Below are positions 27,016 to 37,948 of a stretch of DNA of 64,000 nucleotides, piece by piece (position 1 is the first letter of the stretch; each line of letters opens with the position of its first letter). Source of the stretch: a virus. The notes beneath the pieces were generated by a model. That model was not told the DNA's origin, ran no database searches, and was given only the letters and a program-made list of their open reading frames with translations. The stretch is from positions 91,523 to 155,522 of the IMG/VR virus record IMGVR_UViG_3300045988_125846. One strand, written 5' to 3'. The position numbers and the translations under genes were made by a program.

Positions 27016-28608
27016 ATGACAACACAGAAAACAAATAATTCTGCAAAGAAATCAGTACAGACAGAACCATCGCCAACTCGTAAAAATGAGCTGACTACTT
27101 CTACTCAGAAGTATGCACAGATGATTAACTTTCAGGAATTACAACGTATCTTACAGCAGAATATATCCAAAGGTACATCGAAGACATATACTCAATACAC
27201 AAAAGAAAAATTACAATCATACATAAAAAGTCCTCTTGCCAATATTGACAATCTTCGTGATATATCTGCTTTCTTATATCGTATCAGTCATAACTATAAA
27301 AAGATTATAGAATATTATGCTTACACTCCTATCTTTAGTTATAACGTATCTTACAATACTCCCGATTGGGCAAATCCCCCACAGGATGCATCTGAATATA
27401 TTAAAGGATATCAAGAACTCTGTACTCGATTAGAAAATATGGATTTGAAAGAAATGGGTTCGCAAATGATTGCCACTTGTCTAAGAGATGGTATTTATTG
27501 TGGATTTTGTTATGATGATGGAGATTCGTTCTTTATACATCCACTTGATCCAAAATATTATAAAATCGGTTCTCGTGCAGAAAAAGATACATGGATTGTA
27601 AAATTCGATGCCTCTTATTTTGATTCTGGTAACAACAAGGATTTCTTATATGGTACTGGTAGTGAAACAGATTCAGAGGAAGGATTATGGGATGATGTTT
27701 TTGTAGAAGGCTACGAAACATATAAATCAAAAGGTAATGATTATAAATGGTTTGAATTACCACCAGAAAAAACTATATGTATTATATGTGGTGATGATCC
27801 AGTTGTACCACTGCCCTACTTCCTACCTGTATTCGTATCTCTCTTAGATTTGCTTGATTACGAAGCTCTTATTCGTTCTAAAACAGAACTTGAAAATTAT
27901 GTTCTTCTCTTATCAAAAATCCCTATGAATGAAAATTCAGGCGAAGTAAATGACTTTGCTGTAGACCTTGAAATTGTACAAGCTACTCAAGCTGCAATTG
28001 ATGAAGTATTACCAAGTCTTGTTGGTTCAGCATGGACTCCATGTGAAGTTGAAAAAATTGAGTTTGGTAATAAAAATCAGGTTGATGATACCAATGTATA
28101 TTCACAGGCAATTAAGAACTTGTTCTCTTCTCTCGGTATATCTGAAATGATATTCAATGGTCAAAAATCAGGTTCTGTTGGTCTTAAACATTCTATCACA
28201 GTTGATATGACTCTTCCTATGGAGTTATTAAAAAGAATCGAAGCGAATATTCAAAGATATGTCAAATTAAATATCACAGAGGATTTTGAATTTTATTTCC
28301 ATTATGTATCTGTATTTGACCTTGATGAAAAGATGTCTCAAAGAAAAGATAAAGCTACGTTGGGTATAGATACAATGGATTATGCAACGTTGGATGGTTC
28401 TTCACCTTCAAGAGTTGTTAATAACGCTTTTATGATGAGGTCATTAGGATTAATGAATTACTTTACTCCTCTCTCATCTTCGTATACGCAAAGTGGCATG
28501 GGTGATAATGAAGGTGGTGGTCAGACTAAGAATGAAGATGACCTTTCAGATGAGGGACTTGCTACCAGAGAGGGTGAAAAAGATGTTGGCACACAAGCTG
28601 GTAATTAA
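27016..28608 (+). CDS. portal protein
   Basis: 530 aa directly after terL, with an acidic/Gly-rich C-terminus. Assigned by position and size. Confidence 0.6.
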   Translation: MTTQKTNNSAKKSVQTEPSPTRKNELTTSTQKYAQMINFQELQRILQQNISKGTSKTYTQYTKEKLQSYIKSPLANIDNLRDISAFLYRISHNYKKIIEYYAYTPIFSYNVSYNTPDWANPPQDASEYIKGYQELCTRLENMDLKEMGSQMIATCLRDGIYCGFCYDDGDSFFIHPLDPKYYKIGSRAEKDTWIVKFDASYFDSGNNKDFLYGTGSETDSEEGLWDDVFVEGYETYKSKGNDYKWFELPPEKTICIICGDDPVVPLPYFLPVFVSLLDLLDYEALIRSKTELENYVLLLSKIPMNENSGEVNDFAVDLEIVQATQAAIDEVLPSLVGSAWTPCEVEKIEFGNKNQVDDTNVYSQAIKNLFSSLGISEMIFNGQKSGSVGLKHSITVDMTLPMELLKRIEANIQRYVKLNITEDFEFYFHYVSVFDLDEKMSQRKDKATLGIDTMDYATLDGSSPSRVVNNAFMMRSLGLMNYFTPLSSSYTQSGMGDNEGGGQTKNEDDLSDEGLATREGEKDVGTQAGN

Positions 28609-28620
28609 GGAGAAAAAAGG

Positions 28621-28800
28621 ATGAAACAGAATTTTATAAAGACATCAGATTCTGAAACAGCTTCTAAGATGACAAATCTTGGCTTTCAGAAAATTGATGA
28701 ACAAAATGGTATTTATACTTTTCTGAATACTGATAAATTGATGTTTTCAGATGATATAGATAAATCAAAGATTCAGTATAGTAATATGCTGAACATTTAG
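28621..28800 (+). CDS. 59-aa small protein
   Basis: Below the track cutoff. ATG follows GGAGAAAAAAGG; the stop abuts the terminator. Confidence 0.45.
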   Translation: MKQNFIKTSDSETASKMTNLGFQKIDEQNGIYTFLNTDKLMFSDDIDKSKIQYSNMLNI

Positions 28801-28831
28801 CCACTCTCCTATTTCGAGTGGTTTTATTTTT
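28801..28831 (+). terminator. intrinsic terminator containing CTCTCCTATTT
   Basis: CCACTC/GAGTGG stem followed by TTTTATTTTT. Confidence 0.65.
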
Positions 28832-28859
28832 GCCTAAATTTTGAAGAAAGGAGAAGAAA

Positions 28860-30566
28860 ATGGCTAAGAAAAGACTTCGTTATATAGAAGATTTGTATGA
28901 TTTCTATTCAAATAAATACAAACGTTCTACGAAATTCAGTGCCGAAAAAACTGGTGAACCATTGGTTGTTCAAGTACATGGGCGTATAAATTTTGATGAG
29001 TCAAACAAGAACAAAGATGGGCTTCTTCCAGTTCATTTACAGTCATGCCATACAGATTTAAATGTAAACGGCTCTAATATTGAATCTTCTGTCATGGAAG
29101 CTGCTCTTCCATCTTTTAGCAATCGTCCTATTCTTGGATACATTCACAAGGTAACAACCGATGAAAATCCAGAAGGTCAGTGGGAATTTTATTCTCATAA
29201 TATGCATGAAGACGAGAATGGTGATGTGGTTTATGATGAATATCCTATTGGAATCATACCTGAAAGTTGTAATGCACAGTTAGTTTATGATGAAGAAAAA
29301 AAGAAAACTTATTGTGAAGTCGATGGATATATTTTTGAGGAATATTCTAAAGCTGCTGAAATTTTACAGCGTGAAGAAGAATGCTCTGTATCAGTCGAAT
29401 TGTCAATCCGAGAACTCAGTTATGACGCAAAGCAGAAGTTTTTAAATATTGAAGATTTTTGGTTTTCTGGTGTGACAATTCTAGGAAAAACACCTCAAGG
29501 CAATGAAGTAAAGCCTGGAATGACTGGTTCAAATATTAAGTTGGCAGATTTCAGTTCTAAGAATAACAGTTTATTTGAAGATTATGAGTCAAAAATGGTT
29601 GAACTACAAGCACGAATTGAAAATTTAGAGACTGCTTGTTTCAATAAAGAACAGAATTCTTCTGTTCGCACATTATCAAAGGAAGGAGGAAATAAAGAAA
29701 GTATGACAAAATTTGAAAAGTTACTTGCTAAATACAATAAAACAGTTGAAGATGTAACCTTTGATTATTCAGAATTATCAGACGAAGAATTAGAGGCTAA
29801 ATTTGCAGAAGTGTTTGGTGAAGACAATAATACAGATGGTGACAATTCTGGTGACAATACAGTGAATGAACCTTCTAATGATAATGAAGGTGATGAAGAA
29901 AACACTACTGAGCCAGAAGGAACTACTGATGGAGATAATGAGGGCGAAGGTCAGAATTTTGAGAATATGACAAAGACATTTGAAATTTCTCATGATGACA
30001 TTCGTTATGCTTTATATAATCTCTTGTCTTCTTATGAAGACGCAGATAATGAGTGGTATTACATTACTGGTGTATATGATTCTTACTTTGTTTATGAAAG
30101 TTGGGATGGCGGTAAAATCTATGGTCAGAAATATACAAAAGATAATGACAATGTATCATTTGATGGCGAACGCTATAATCTGCACAAAGAATATCTTACC
30201 GATTCAGAATATACAGAAATTCAGGATATGCGTTCCAACTACTCTTCTGTTGTAGAGGAATTAAACACATATAAATCTGCTGAAGTATTTGCAGACAAGA
30301 TGACTGTATTTGATGACGAAGCATATTCAGAATATCTTGATACAGATGAGTTCAAAGCACTTATGTCTGAGGATTCTGTAAACAAATATTCTAAGGAAGA
30401 GTTATCTGAGAAGGCTGATGCTACTCTTGGAAAACTTGTTAAAAAGAATAAGACATTCTCTTTTGCAGGTGAAACACCACAAAAGAAACATGTGAGCAGA
30501 GTTGCATTTAATGCAGAAAAAGAAACGGAAGATACATATAAACCATATGGCGATCTGTTTGATTAA
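28860..30566 (+). CDS. putative prohead protease/scaffold-type head morphogenesis protein
   Basis: Lies between the portal and capsid genes. Has a long acidic low-complexity middle and helical C-terminal half. The N-terminal domain is unassigned. Confidence 0.4.
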   Translation: MAKKRLRYIEDLYDFYSNKYKRSTKFSAEKTGEPLVVQVHGRINFDESNKNKDGLLPVHLQSCHTDLNVNGSNIESSVMEAALPSFSNRPILGYIHKVTTDENPEGQWEFYSHNMHEDENGDVVYDEYPIGIIPESCNAQLVYDEEKKKTYCEVDGYIFEEYSKAAEILQREEECSVSVELSIRELSYDAKQKFLNIEDFWFSGVTILGKTPQGNEVKPGMTGSNIKLADFSSKNNSLFEDYESKMVELQARIENLETACFNKEQNSSVRTLSKEGGNKESMTKFEKLLAKYNKTVEDVTFDYSELSDEELEAKFAEVFGEDNNTDGDNSGDNTVNEPSNDNEGDEENTTEPEGTTDGDNEGEGQNFENMTKTFEISHDDIRYALYNLLSSYEDADNEWYYITGVYDSYFVYESWDGGKIYGQKYTKDNDNVSFDGERYNLHKEYLTDSEYTEIQDMRSNYSSVVEELNTYKSAEVFADKMTVFDDEAYSEYLDTDEFKALMSEDSVNKYSKEELSEKADATLGKLVKKNKTFSFAGETPQKKHVSRVAFNAEKETEDTYKPYGDLFD

Positions 30567-30664
30567 ATCAAAAACTAAATAACTTTATGAATTAGCACTT
30601 ATGGAAAATCCATAGGTGTTTTTTATTGCACAAAAATTAGAAATTTTAAGGAGGAAATAAAACT

Positions 30665-31186
30665 ATGGCTAGTAATTTCATTTCATATACTAAGCACGGT
30701 GTTGCTGAGTCAACTTTACTTAAGGCTACAAAAGTTGGTCATCACTACAACTTAGTAAATGAGTCTAAGGATATTGACAATGGTTCTGTTGCTGTAATTG
30801 GTGACAGAAAGAAAGCAGATGTGTTTGAAGCAAAAGTTCCTGCAAAGGGAGACAAAATTGTTCTCATTTTAACTGCTCCAAAGATTTATGAGGAATATAC
30901 AACAAAGATGCAGGAGGAATCTAACTTCTACAACGGTAAGGGTGAAGTTATGAGAGCTTACGAGATTCAGGACACTGATAGATTCACACTTTCTACAGAA
31001 GCTTTCAATTCTGATGCAGAATTAGCTGTTGGAAAATATGTATTTGTAGATGGTACAGACTTCAAGCTTACAACTGGTGAGAAACCAAGTATGACTGAGT
31101 ATGGTTTTGTGGGACATATCTACGAAGTTGCTGCAAATGGAAATTATCGTATTTGGGTAGATAAGAATGCCCAGGTATATGCGTAA
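30665..31186 (+). CDS. head-associated protein (decoration or scaffold-like)
   Basis: Lies directly upstream of the capsid gene with a strong RBS. Confidence 0.35.
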   Translation: MASNFISYTKHGVAESTLLKATKVGHHYNLVNESKDIDNGSVAVIGDRKKADVFEAKVPAKGDKIVLILTAPKIYEEYTTKMQEESNFYNGKGEVMRAYEIQDTDRFTLSTEAFNSDAELAVGKYVFVDGTDFKLTTGEKPSMTEYGFVGHIYEVAANGNYRIWVDKNAQVYA

Positions 31187-31213
31187 TTCGGTAGAAAGGA
31201 GGATTAATATACT

Positions 31214-32314
31214 ATGCAGAGATTAAGATTTAATGAAATGAGCGATGTAATCGTTGAAAAGTTTGATGAGACAAAATATAAGAACTTCTCTCGTCTGTGT
31301 GTTGACACAGCAAAAGGTACTGTAAAGCAGTATTCTATCGAAGAAGCAAATGATAAGATTCGTAAGACAATTATCGAGATGGCAGGTCTTTCTGAGACTC
31401 CGACTCCTAATGAGGTAAGAAAGGCATTTAAGAAACAGTCTGTAAGAGAAGCCGTATTCGAGGTTATCGAGGAGACTGTTGAAGATACTCTTGTATCTGG
31501 TTGGACAAGCTCACCTGTATTCCAGAAGTATGTAGAGGTTAAGACTCTTGCTCTTGGACAGACAAATAAGTTCTATACAAAAGATCCTTGCATTATCACT
31601 GTTGCTGAGATTGCTGATGGTCATCACAGCATTGAGAGACAGAGACTTGGTGCTGGTAAGGAATTCGGTGTAACTGTTAAGTCTTATGGCGCAAAGGTTT
31701 ACATGGAAATGTCAAGATTCCTTCAGGGCGTTGAGGATTGGAGCGAGTTAATCAATAAGATTGCAGAAGCTTTCACAAGATTAATCAATACTCTTCTTCA
31801 TGAAGCTGTTATGAGTGCTGGTACTTCTCTTCCTGTTCCTACTAAGTGGAATATCCGTGGTGAGTTAAATGCAGCTAACCATGATAAGTTTGTAAAGCTT
31901 ATTTCTGATGTTCAGCTTGCTACAGGTGGTGTTGCTACTATCGTTGGTACAAAGGTTGCTCTTGCAGGATTAAAGAACCTTGGAGATATTCAGTGGGTTT
32001 CTGAAGCTGCAAAGAACGATGTTTATAACACTGGTAGAATTGGTACATTTGAGGGTACTCAGATTATCGAGCTTCCACAGGCATTTAAGGAGAATGACGT
32101 AGAACATTATCTTGAAGATGATACAAAGCTTCTTATTCTTCCATCTAACATTGACAAGTTTGTTAAGATGTACTATGAGGGAATGGATGAGACTAAGGAA
32201 GTATCTGAGTCTGGTGATAATGCCGATGATACAAAAGAGTACGAGTTCAAGTCTCGTTTTGGTATCAAGACTATGACTAACACAAGATTTGGTACTTGGA
32301 CAATCGGTGCGTAA
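31214..32314 (+). CDS. major capsid protein
   Basis: 366 aa in the expected position, with a strong RBS (AAAGGAGGA) and a strong terminator directly after it. Confidence 0.6.
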   Translation: MQRLRFNEMSDVIVEKFDETKYKNFSRLCVDTAKGTVKQYSIEEANDKIRKTIIEMAGLSETPTPNEVRKAFKKQSVREAVFEVIEETVEDTLVSGWTSSPVFQKYVEVKTLALGQTNKFYTKDPCIITVAEIADGHHSIERQRLGAGKEFGVTVKSYGAKVYMEMSRFLQGVEDWSELINKIAEAFTRLINTLLHEAVMSAGTSLPVPTKWNIRGELNAANHDKFVKLISDVQLATGGVATIVGTKVALAGLKNLGDIQWVSEAAKNDVYNTGRIGTFEGTQIIELPQAFKENDVEHYLEDDTKLLILPSNIDKFVKMYYEGMDETKEVSESGDNADDTKEYEFKSRFGIKTMTNTRFGTWTIGA

Positions 32315-32329
32315 TCCATAGAAATATTG

Positions 32330-32363
32330 GGACTGTATATCTAAATGATATGCAGTCCTTTTT
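32330..32363 (+). terminator. intrinsic terminator after the capsid gene
   Basis: GGACTGTATAT.../...ATATGCAGTCC stem followed by TTTTT. Confidence 0.7.
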
Positions 32364-32387
32364 GATTGAGTGAAAGGAGAAATATAA

Positions 32388-32957
32388 ATGCCATATCAGA
32401 AAAAAGCTACAACTACTTCTGCTACAAAAACAAAGGCAGAAGATACAAAGGTTGAAAAAGATACGATAAAGGAAACAGTTGCAGAGGTTAAGAAACCTAA
32501 GAAGTATGAACCAGATGATTTAATTCCATGTCGCTCTATGTACGCAGGTACTCTTCTATTTACTGGTGATAAGACAAAGATTACATATGAGTTTAGTAAC
32601 ATGGGTGATTTCAGATATATTGAGTATCAGGACTTACTCTCAGCTTTACTTGTTCGTAAGAAGTCTTTATTTGCACCTTATATCATTATTGAGGACGAAG
32701 AGTTACTTGAAAATGTACATTGGCAGGAAGTTAAAAAAGTATATGATGGTTTATATGATAGAGAGGATTTAATAAATCTTATCAATCTTCCGACTATGCG
32801 TTTTAGTGAAGAGTTTAGAAAACTTCCATCTGGTTTCAAAAATACAATCGCAACAATGGTTTCTGAAATGATTTCAGAAGGAACTTTTGACAGTATGAAT
32901 AAAATCAAGATTATTGATGAGGAATGTGGTACTGATTTAAAGTTACTTGCTGAGTAA
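32388..32957 (+). CDS. hypothetical structural-module protein (189 aa)
   Basis: RBS AAAGGAGAA. Lys/Thr-rich N-terminus. Confidence 0.45.
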   Translation: MPYQKKATTTSATKTKAEDTKVEKDTIKETVAEVKKPKKYEPDDLIPCRSMYAGTLLFTGDKTKITYEFSNMGDFRYIEYQDLLSALLVRKKSLFAPYIIIEDEELLENVHWQEVKKVYDGLYDREDLINLINLPTMRFSEEFRKLPSGFKNTIATMVSEMISEGTFDSMNKIKIIDEECGTDLKLLAE

Positions 32958-32974
32958 TATATTGGAGGTGTTAT

Positions 32975-33430
32975 ATGAATATCTCCTACGAAAAAGTATT
33001 TGACAGATACTTTGGTTTAATTGATGATGTCAAAGAATTGTCTTTAAAAGAGTCTGATTTGCATGAAATATTAGCAGAACGTTTACATTCTACTATCTCT
33101 AGTCCATTTATTCGTAGATTATTTTCCACATTAAAACTTGATGATGAAATGGAACAGTTTGAATTTGAATTAACAACTTCTGTTGATGAGTATTCTGACG
33201 AAGAATTTGTTATTGAACTATTTAGCAAAGGTATGGCTATAAAATGGCTTGAGCCAAAAGTTAAATCATTGGAAAATACTGTGAAGTTTTTCGGTGGAAA
33301 AGAAGAGAAAAAATTGAAAGACGATTTTTCACTAAATAAGGCATTGCTGAAAGAAATGAAAATTGAACAGCAGAAACTTATTCGTGATTATGGTTTTGCT
33401 TTTAAACCATATTCGTCAACGGAGTCTTAA
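32975..33430 (+). CDS. putative head-tail connector/adaptor
   Basis: Assigned by position and size only. Confidence 0.35.
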   Translation: MNISYEKVFDRYFGLIDDVKELSLKESDLHEILAERLHSTISSPFIRRLFSTLKLDDEMEQFEFELTTSVDEYSDEEFVIELFSKGMAIKWLEPKVKSLENTVKFFGGKEEKKLKDDFSLNKALLKEMKIEQQKLIRDYGFAFKPYSSTES

Positions 33431-33431
33431 T

Positions 33432-33797
33432 ATGCAATACATATATGGAGACTTCACAGATAAGCAAATCAATGAAGCAGTTCGTGCAATGCATGGTGAT
33501 ATTCACAAACTACTGCTCTATAAAGACAAGACAATTGAAGAGAAAATATTTGAAGATGATGAAGCATTTCTCGTCTTCTTTAAAAACGTTATGTTTAAAT
33601 TAGGTGGCACAAAAACCTTATTTAATGATAACGGACTTATGGTTACTCTTATTGCAACCTTACAAGGTGCTATGGATAATTTCAAGAGCGACCATTTTAG
33701 TTACAAAAAATTCCGTAGGGCAATCTTAGATTCTCACGGATATATTAAGCAGATGTTTGAAGGAGGTGTAAGCGATGCCGAGTCTACAAACAGCTAG
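33432..33797 (+). CDS. putative head-tail joining protein
   Basis: Start moved to MQYIYGDF..., directly after the previous stop. Confidence 0.35.
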   Translation: MQYIYGDFTDKQINEAVRAMHGDIHKLLLYKDKTIEEKIFEDDEAFLVFFKNVMFKLGGTKTLFNDNGLMVTLIATLQGAMDNFKSDHFSYKKFRRAILDSHGYIKQMFEGGVSDAESTNS

Positions 33798-35037
33798 GCG
33801 TGTCGCAAATGCCAAGAACAACGGTGCTAAAACGATTGGTCAGATTTATAAGGAACAGTCTGATTGGGCGATGGAACAGACATTTGAAAACGACATCGCT
33901 ACAAAGACTTGTTACATCTATGACTATTTTCATGACGATTTTTTCACAGATGAACATGGAATTACACGTTCACTTGCTGAAGGTATGACTTATGAAAATA
34001 CTAATAAGACAAAAATAGATGCAAAGTTTATTGTCAAATCTTATCAGTCAATGGACAAAGATCAAGTGGAATACTATCTTATGTTTCGTCCAAGTCAGCC
34101 TGTAAGATTTAATGAGGGCGATGACCTTTATTATTATGAGACTGATTTCAGGAAACGCTATGGAGCGACATTTCCGATAGGACTTTTCGTGGACGTTCCA
34201 GATGATAGAGGAATTTATCATAAGTGGATTGTCTGTCGTGATGAACCTGCAAATCAGTTTCCAAAGTATCTGATTTTACCAGTAAATTATGAACTTACAT
34301 GGATTGAAAAGAATGATGATAAACGTATCAAGAGACGTATGTGGTGTTGTTTAAGACAACAGAATTCTTACACGATTGGAACTTACACAGACCGATATTT
34401 TACACATACAGATAATCAGGATAAGATATGGTTGCCAATGAACTCTATTACAGAGAAGTTTTGGTACACTTCTGAAGATTCTAAAAATATGCGAGTTGTA
34501 GTAAGTGCTTTGACAGAACATCCTACAGTATGGACAGTGACCAAGGTTGAAAATTCAATGCCATTTGGCATTCAAAAGCTTACTATATATACAGCATTTT
34601 GGAACGAGCATACTGATTATGTCAATCTTGAAACAGGCGAAATGTATGCGAACTATTTCGATTCAGAAATTGCCCCAACCGATCCATCCACACCAATTCC
34701 TGCTCCATCTTCTATCACAGCTAAGATTTCTGCATCCACTTCAACAATCAAAGTAGGTGGCTCTTATAAAAATTTTACCGTAAATTTCTACAACGATTCC
34801 AATGAAGATATTACAACTGAATATGCTGATGCAACCTTTACATGGACTTGCTTTATTGATAATGAAGATTGGACTGATAAAGTCACATGGCGAACTGGTA
34901 CAGAGTACAACCAAAAGAAAGCAAAGTTTCCTAACGACACTTCTACTATCGGCAAAATATTGTCTATTAAGTGTGAAATTGTTAAGGATAGCTTGCCGAT
35001 TAAATCCGAAATTTTGTCGTTAGAATTAACTGAATAG
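33775..35037 (+). CDS. structural protein with a C-terminal Ig-like domain
   Basis: RBS GGAGGTG. The C-terminus (...ITAKISASTSTIKVGGSYKNFTVNF...KCEIV) looks Ig-like. Confidence 0.4.
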   Translation: MPSLQTARRVANAKNNGAKTIGQIYKEQSDWAMEQTFENDIATKTCYIYDYFHDDFFTDEHGITRSLAEGMTYENTNKTKIDAKFIVKSYQSMDKDQVEYYLMFRPSQPVRFNEGDDLYYYETDFRKRYGATFPIGLFVDVPDDRGIYHKWIVCRDEPANQFPKYLILPVNYELTWIEKNDDKRIKRRMWCCLRQQNSYTIGTYTDRYFTHTDNQDKIWLPMNSITEKFWYTSEDSKNMRVVVSALTEHPTVWTVTKVENSMPFGIQKLTIYTAFWNEHTDYVNLETGEMYANYFDSEIAPTDPSTPIPAPSSITAKISASTSTIKVGGSYKNFTVNFYNDSNEDITTEYADATFTWTCFIDNEDWTDKVTWRTGTEYNQKKAKFPNDTSTIGKILSIKCEIVKDSLPIKSEILSLELTE

Positions 35038-35047
35038 GAGGTGTTTT

Positions 35048-35698
35048 ATGGCAGAAAAATTAGTTACAAAGAATGATTTGTTAAATAAGCTTCGTGCATA
35101 TAGAATTACTCCTGACGATGAAAATATTCAGTATAAGAAAAAGATTGAAAAAGCACTTATGCTTAATCCATGTCTTTTATATGCACTCAATGAGAAGTCA
35201 TTAGAGTCTGAACTTTTCGATGATGATGGAAATATCAACTGGGAATGGAACGAAGATACAAAAGAGTATGAACCTCTTGGGGAATGGGATAGATATTTTG
35301 GTGGAACTTCTAATATTCGTCCTTATTTATTTATTCCTGATACTCAGACTGAGGTAAAACATTATATCTGTTACCAAGTATCTTTTGATGAAATGCCTCG
35401 TTATCAAGATACATTAAAGTACACAAATATTACATTTACAATATTTGTTCACGGTAATGACAGAAATGACAAATTAACAGGTATTCCAAGGCATGATCTT
35501 ATTGCTTCTATTATAAGAGAGCGATTTAATTGGTCTAATATATTTGGAATGCAAACACATCTTGTATCATCAAAGGAATCTACAACAGATAATAATTATC
35601 TTGTTCGCACTCTCGTATTCCAAGTTGTTGACACTAATGGAATTCATAAAACAACAGATAAAAAATCTTCTATCATGAATTACGGTATAAGGCGGTGA
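35048..35698 (+). CDS. putative tail completion / neck protein
   Basis: Assigned by position only. Confidence 0.3.
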   Translation: MAEKLVTKNDLLNKLRAYRITPDDENIQYKKKIEKALMLNPCLLYALNEKSLESELFDDDGNINWEWNEDTKEYEPLGEWDRYFGGTSNIRPYLFIPDTQTEVKHYICYQVSFDEMPRYQDTLKYTNITFTIFVHGNDRNDKLTGIPRHDLIASIIRERFNWSNIFGMQTHLVSSKESTTDNNYLVRTLVFQVVDTNGIHKTTDKKSSIMNYGIRR

Positions 35699-35702
35699 TT
35701 AT

Positions 35703-36536
35703 TTGGATGTATTAGAAACGTTAAATAATCTTCAATCTGCTGCTGAAGAAGATATAAAAAAGAAACAAGAAAAAAGTCATAATCCAGAATACCATTTTGA
35801 CAAACTTAAAATGTATTTTGGTGAGGATTATACAATAAATGGTATAACTGTTTCAATTCCAACCATAGGAGATATTTTAAATATTGGCGAATCAAAATTT
35901 TACCAAGCAATCTCTCCTTTTCTGAGTAATTCTACTTCTATTCGAGTTCTTCTTTATGATGTATTTAAAAAGGATTGGAACAAAACAAAAGATATTGAAG
36001 TGTTTTATATCTTATATCAATTGCTCGAAGATAAAGAGCCGTTAAAGCTACTATTCAAAGATTTTAGTTTTGATGGTTTTGAGCTGATTCAAGCAAGAAA
36101 AAATGTTGACGATCCAGAATACAATCATCTTGCGCTTTTAAATCAAGATAAAAATATGATTATTTATGATGACGAATATATGGAAATTGCCGAATTTATT
36201 CGAGCGATGATGAATGTTCATCCAAAGGTGGAAAAAGCAAAAGGTAAAACAACAAAACAATGGATACTACAGGAAGATAGAATGAAAGCTGAACAGGATG
36301 ATAAAAAGAAGGGCGTATCGACTCTTTTACCACTTGTTTCGAGTTGTATAAATCATCCTGGGTTTAAATATAAGTTGGAAGAATTAAAACAAGTGAATAT
36401 ATGTCAGTTTATGGATTCTGTAAACAGAATTCAAAAATACGAACAGGGAACGGCTGCTCTACACGGAATTTACGGTGGTATGGTGTCAGCCAAAGACATT
36501 CCTGAAGATTTAATCAATTTTATGGGCGATATTTAA
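35703..36536 (+). CDS. hypothetical tail-module protein
   Basis: TTG start after GGCGGTG. Assigned by position only. Confidence 0.3.
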   Translation: MDVLETLNNLQSAAEEDIKKKQEKSHNPEYHFDKLKMYFGEDYTINGITVSIPTIGDILNIGESKFYQAISPFLSNSTSIRVLLYDVFKKDWNKTKDIEVFYILYQLLEDKEPLKLLFKDFSFDGFELIQARKNVDDPEYNHLALLNQDKNMIIYDDEYMEIAEFIRAMMNVHPKVEKAKGKTTKQWILQEDRMKAEQDDKKKGVSTLLPLVSSCINHPGFKYKLEELKQVNICQFMDSVNRIQKYEQGTAALHGIYGGMVSAKDIPEDLINFMGDI

Positions 36537-36588
36537 TCGCTCATTTTTTATTGCATAAAAATAACAATTTTAAAGGAGGAAAATAATT

Positions 36589-37437
36589 ATGGCATTTAAA
36601 TTAGGTGACGTAATCGTAGATAGACTTCAGTTTGGTTACGGTGCAAAGTCTAATGGTACACCTCTGTACGCTTTAACACAGCTTACACAGGCAAATATTG
36701 ATATTACTGCTGACTCAACAGATATCAATGATAAGGATGGAAACCTTGTATATCGTAAGTATACAGGTAAGAAAGGTGAGGTTACTGCAACTAATGCATT
36801 CCTTAACCTCGCTGTTGTAGAAGCTATTTCTGCTACTGATGCTGAGATTGCAACCGCAGATAAGGGTATTGTTATGCCAATGATTCAGATTGTAAAAGCT
36901 GGCGAGACACTTGATATTACTGATTATGTAGATGGTTCAATCCATGTAAATGCCCTTTCACCAAAGGGATCTATGGGCAAGGATGAGTTTGCAAAAGGAT
37001 CTAAATCATCTGCTACAGAGTACGGAATTACACATACTGATGAGGTAAAAGATCCAGGAGATCAGCATGTAATAACTCCTGCGAGTGATGTTTTAACACC
37101 GCCTACAGCAGATGGTGAAACTCAGTATATTGTCAAGTATAAAAAGACAGTTACAAGCGGTGCAAAAATTACTAACTCTGGTAAGAAATTTCCAAAAGCA
37201 CATGAGTTATTCTTCAAAGCTCTTGTAGTAGATAAATGTGAGAACGAAGTGCTTAAAGCAGCAATTATTCATATTCCATCATTTATGCCTTCACCAGAAT
37301 TCACTCTGGCATTACAGGGTGGAGACTCACAGACTATGGATTATAAGGGCGCAATGATGCTTAATGCTTGCTCTACAGATGCAGAACTTTTCTCTATTTA
37401 TTACATTGATGAGGAAGAGGACGACATCGAATTATAA
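36589..37437 (+). CDS. major tail (tube) protein
   Basis: Strong RBS and a terminator after the gene. The N-terminus resembles siphophage major tail proteins. Acidic C-terminal tail. Confidence 0.5.
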   Translation: MAFKLGDVIVDRLQFGYGAKSNGTPLYALTQLTQANIDITADSTDINDKDGNLVYRKYTGKKGEVTATNAFLNLAVVEAISATDAEIATADKGIVMPMIQIVKAGETLDITDYVDGSIHVNALSPKGSMGKDEFAKGSKSSATEYGITHTDEVKDPGDQHVITPASDVLTPPTADGETQYIVKYKKTVTSGAKITNSGKKFPKAHELFFKALVVDKCENEVLKAAIIHIPSFMPSPEFTLALQGGDSQTMDYKGAMMLNACSTDAELFSIYYIDEEEDDIEL

Positions 37438-37444
37438 GGACATG

Positions 37445-37473
37445 TAGGGCAGTTAAATTACTGCCCTATTCTT
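37445..37473 (+). terminator. intrinsic terminator
   Basis: 9-bp stem TAGGGCAGT/ACTGCCCTA followed by a T-rich tail. Confidence 0.6.
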
Positions 37474-37486
37474 ACAAGGAGGAATA

Positions 37487-37852
37487 ATGTCAAAGAAAGA
37501 ATTGAGAACTTGTGTGCTTTGCGGTAAAACTTATTCGTTTTGTCCAGTTTGTAATCCAGAAGACCGTTTGAAGCCAACATGGTATTTTTGTTGGTGTTCA
37601 GATAATTGTCATGAAATTGACGAAGTGGCTTCCGCATTTGAAGATGGACGCATGACAGATATCGAAGCAAAAGCAAAATTAGAAAAATTAGATTTAAGCA
37701 GAAAAGAATACTTTGGCGAAAGTTATAAGAATTCTATCGTTTCTATCATGAAGGCAAAAGCACAAGTTATGAAGAAAGAAAATAAAAAGACAGATGCTAA
37801 ATCTGTCAAAAAGGATATTGTTACAAAAGTCGAAAAAGAGGCTGAAAAGTAA
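37487..37852 (+). CDS. zinc-ribbon protein (121 aa)
   Basis: CVLCGK...CPVCN...CWCSDNCH pattern. RBS AAGGAGGA. Confidence 0.5.
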   Translation: MSKKELRTCVLCGKTYSFCPVCNPEDRLKPTWYFCWCSDNCHEIDEVASAFEDGRMTDIEAKAKLEKLDLSRKEYFGESYKNSIVSIMKAKAQVMKKENKKTDAKSVKKDIVTKVEKEAEK

Positions 37853-37875
37853 TGTTGAATAGTGATTTTAAATAA

Positions 37876-37921
37876 GGGATTATAACATACCACTATTCAA
37901 TGTTGTAATCCCTATTTTTTA
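37876..37921 (+). terminator. intrinsic terminator
   Basis: 13-bp stem GGGATTATAACAT/ATGTTGTAATCCC followed by TATTTTTT. Confidence 0.75.
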
Positions 37922-37948
37922 CGCTATTCAACCGAGGAATAAAAAAGG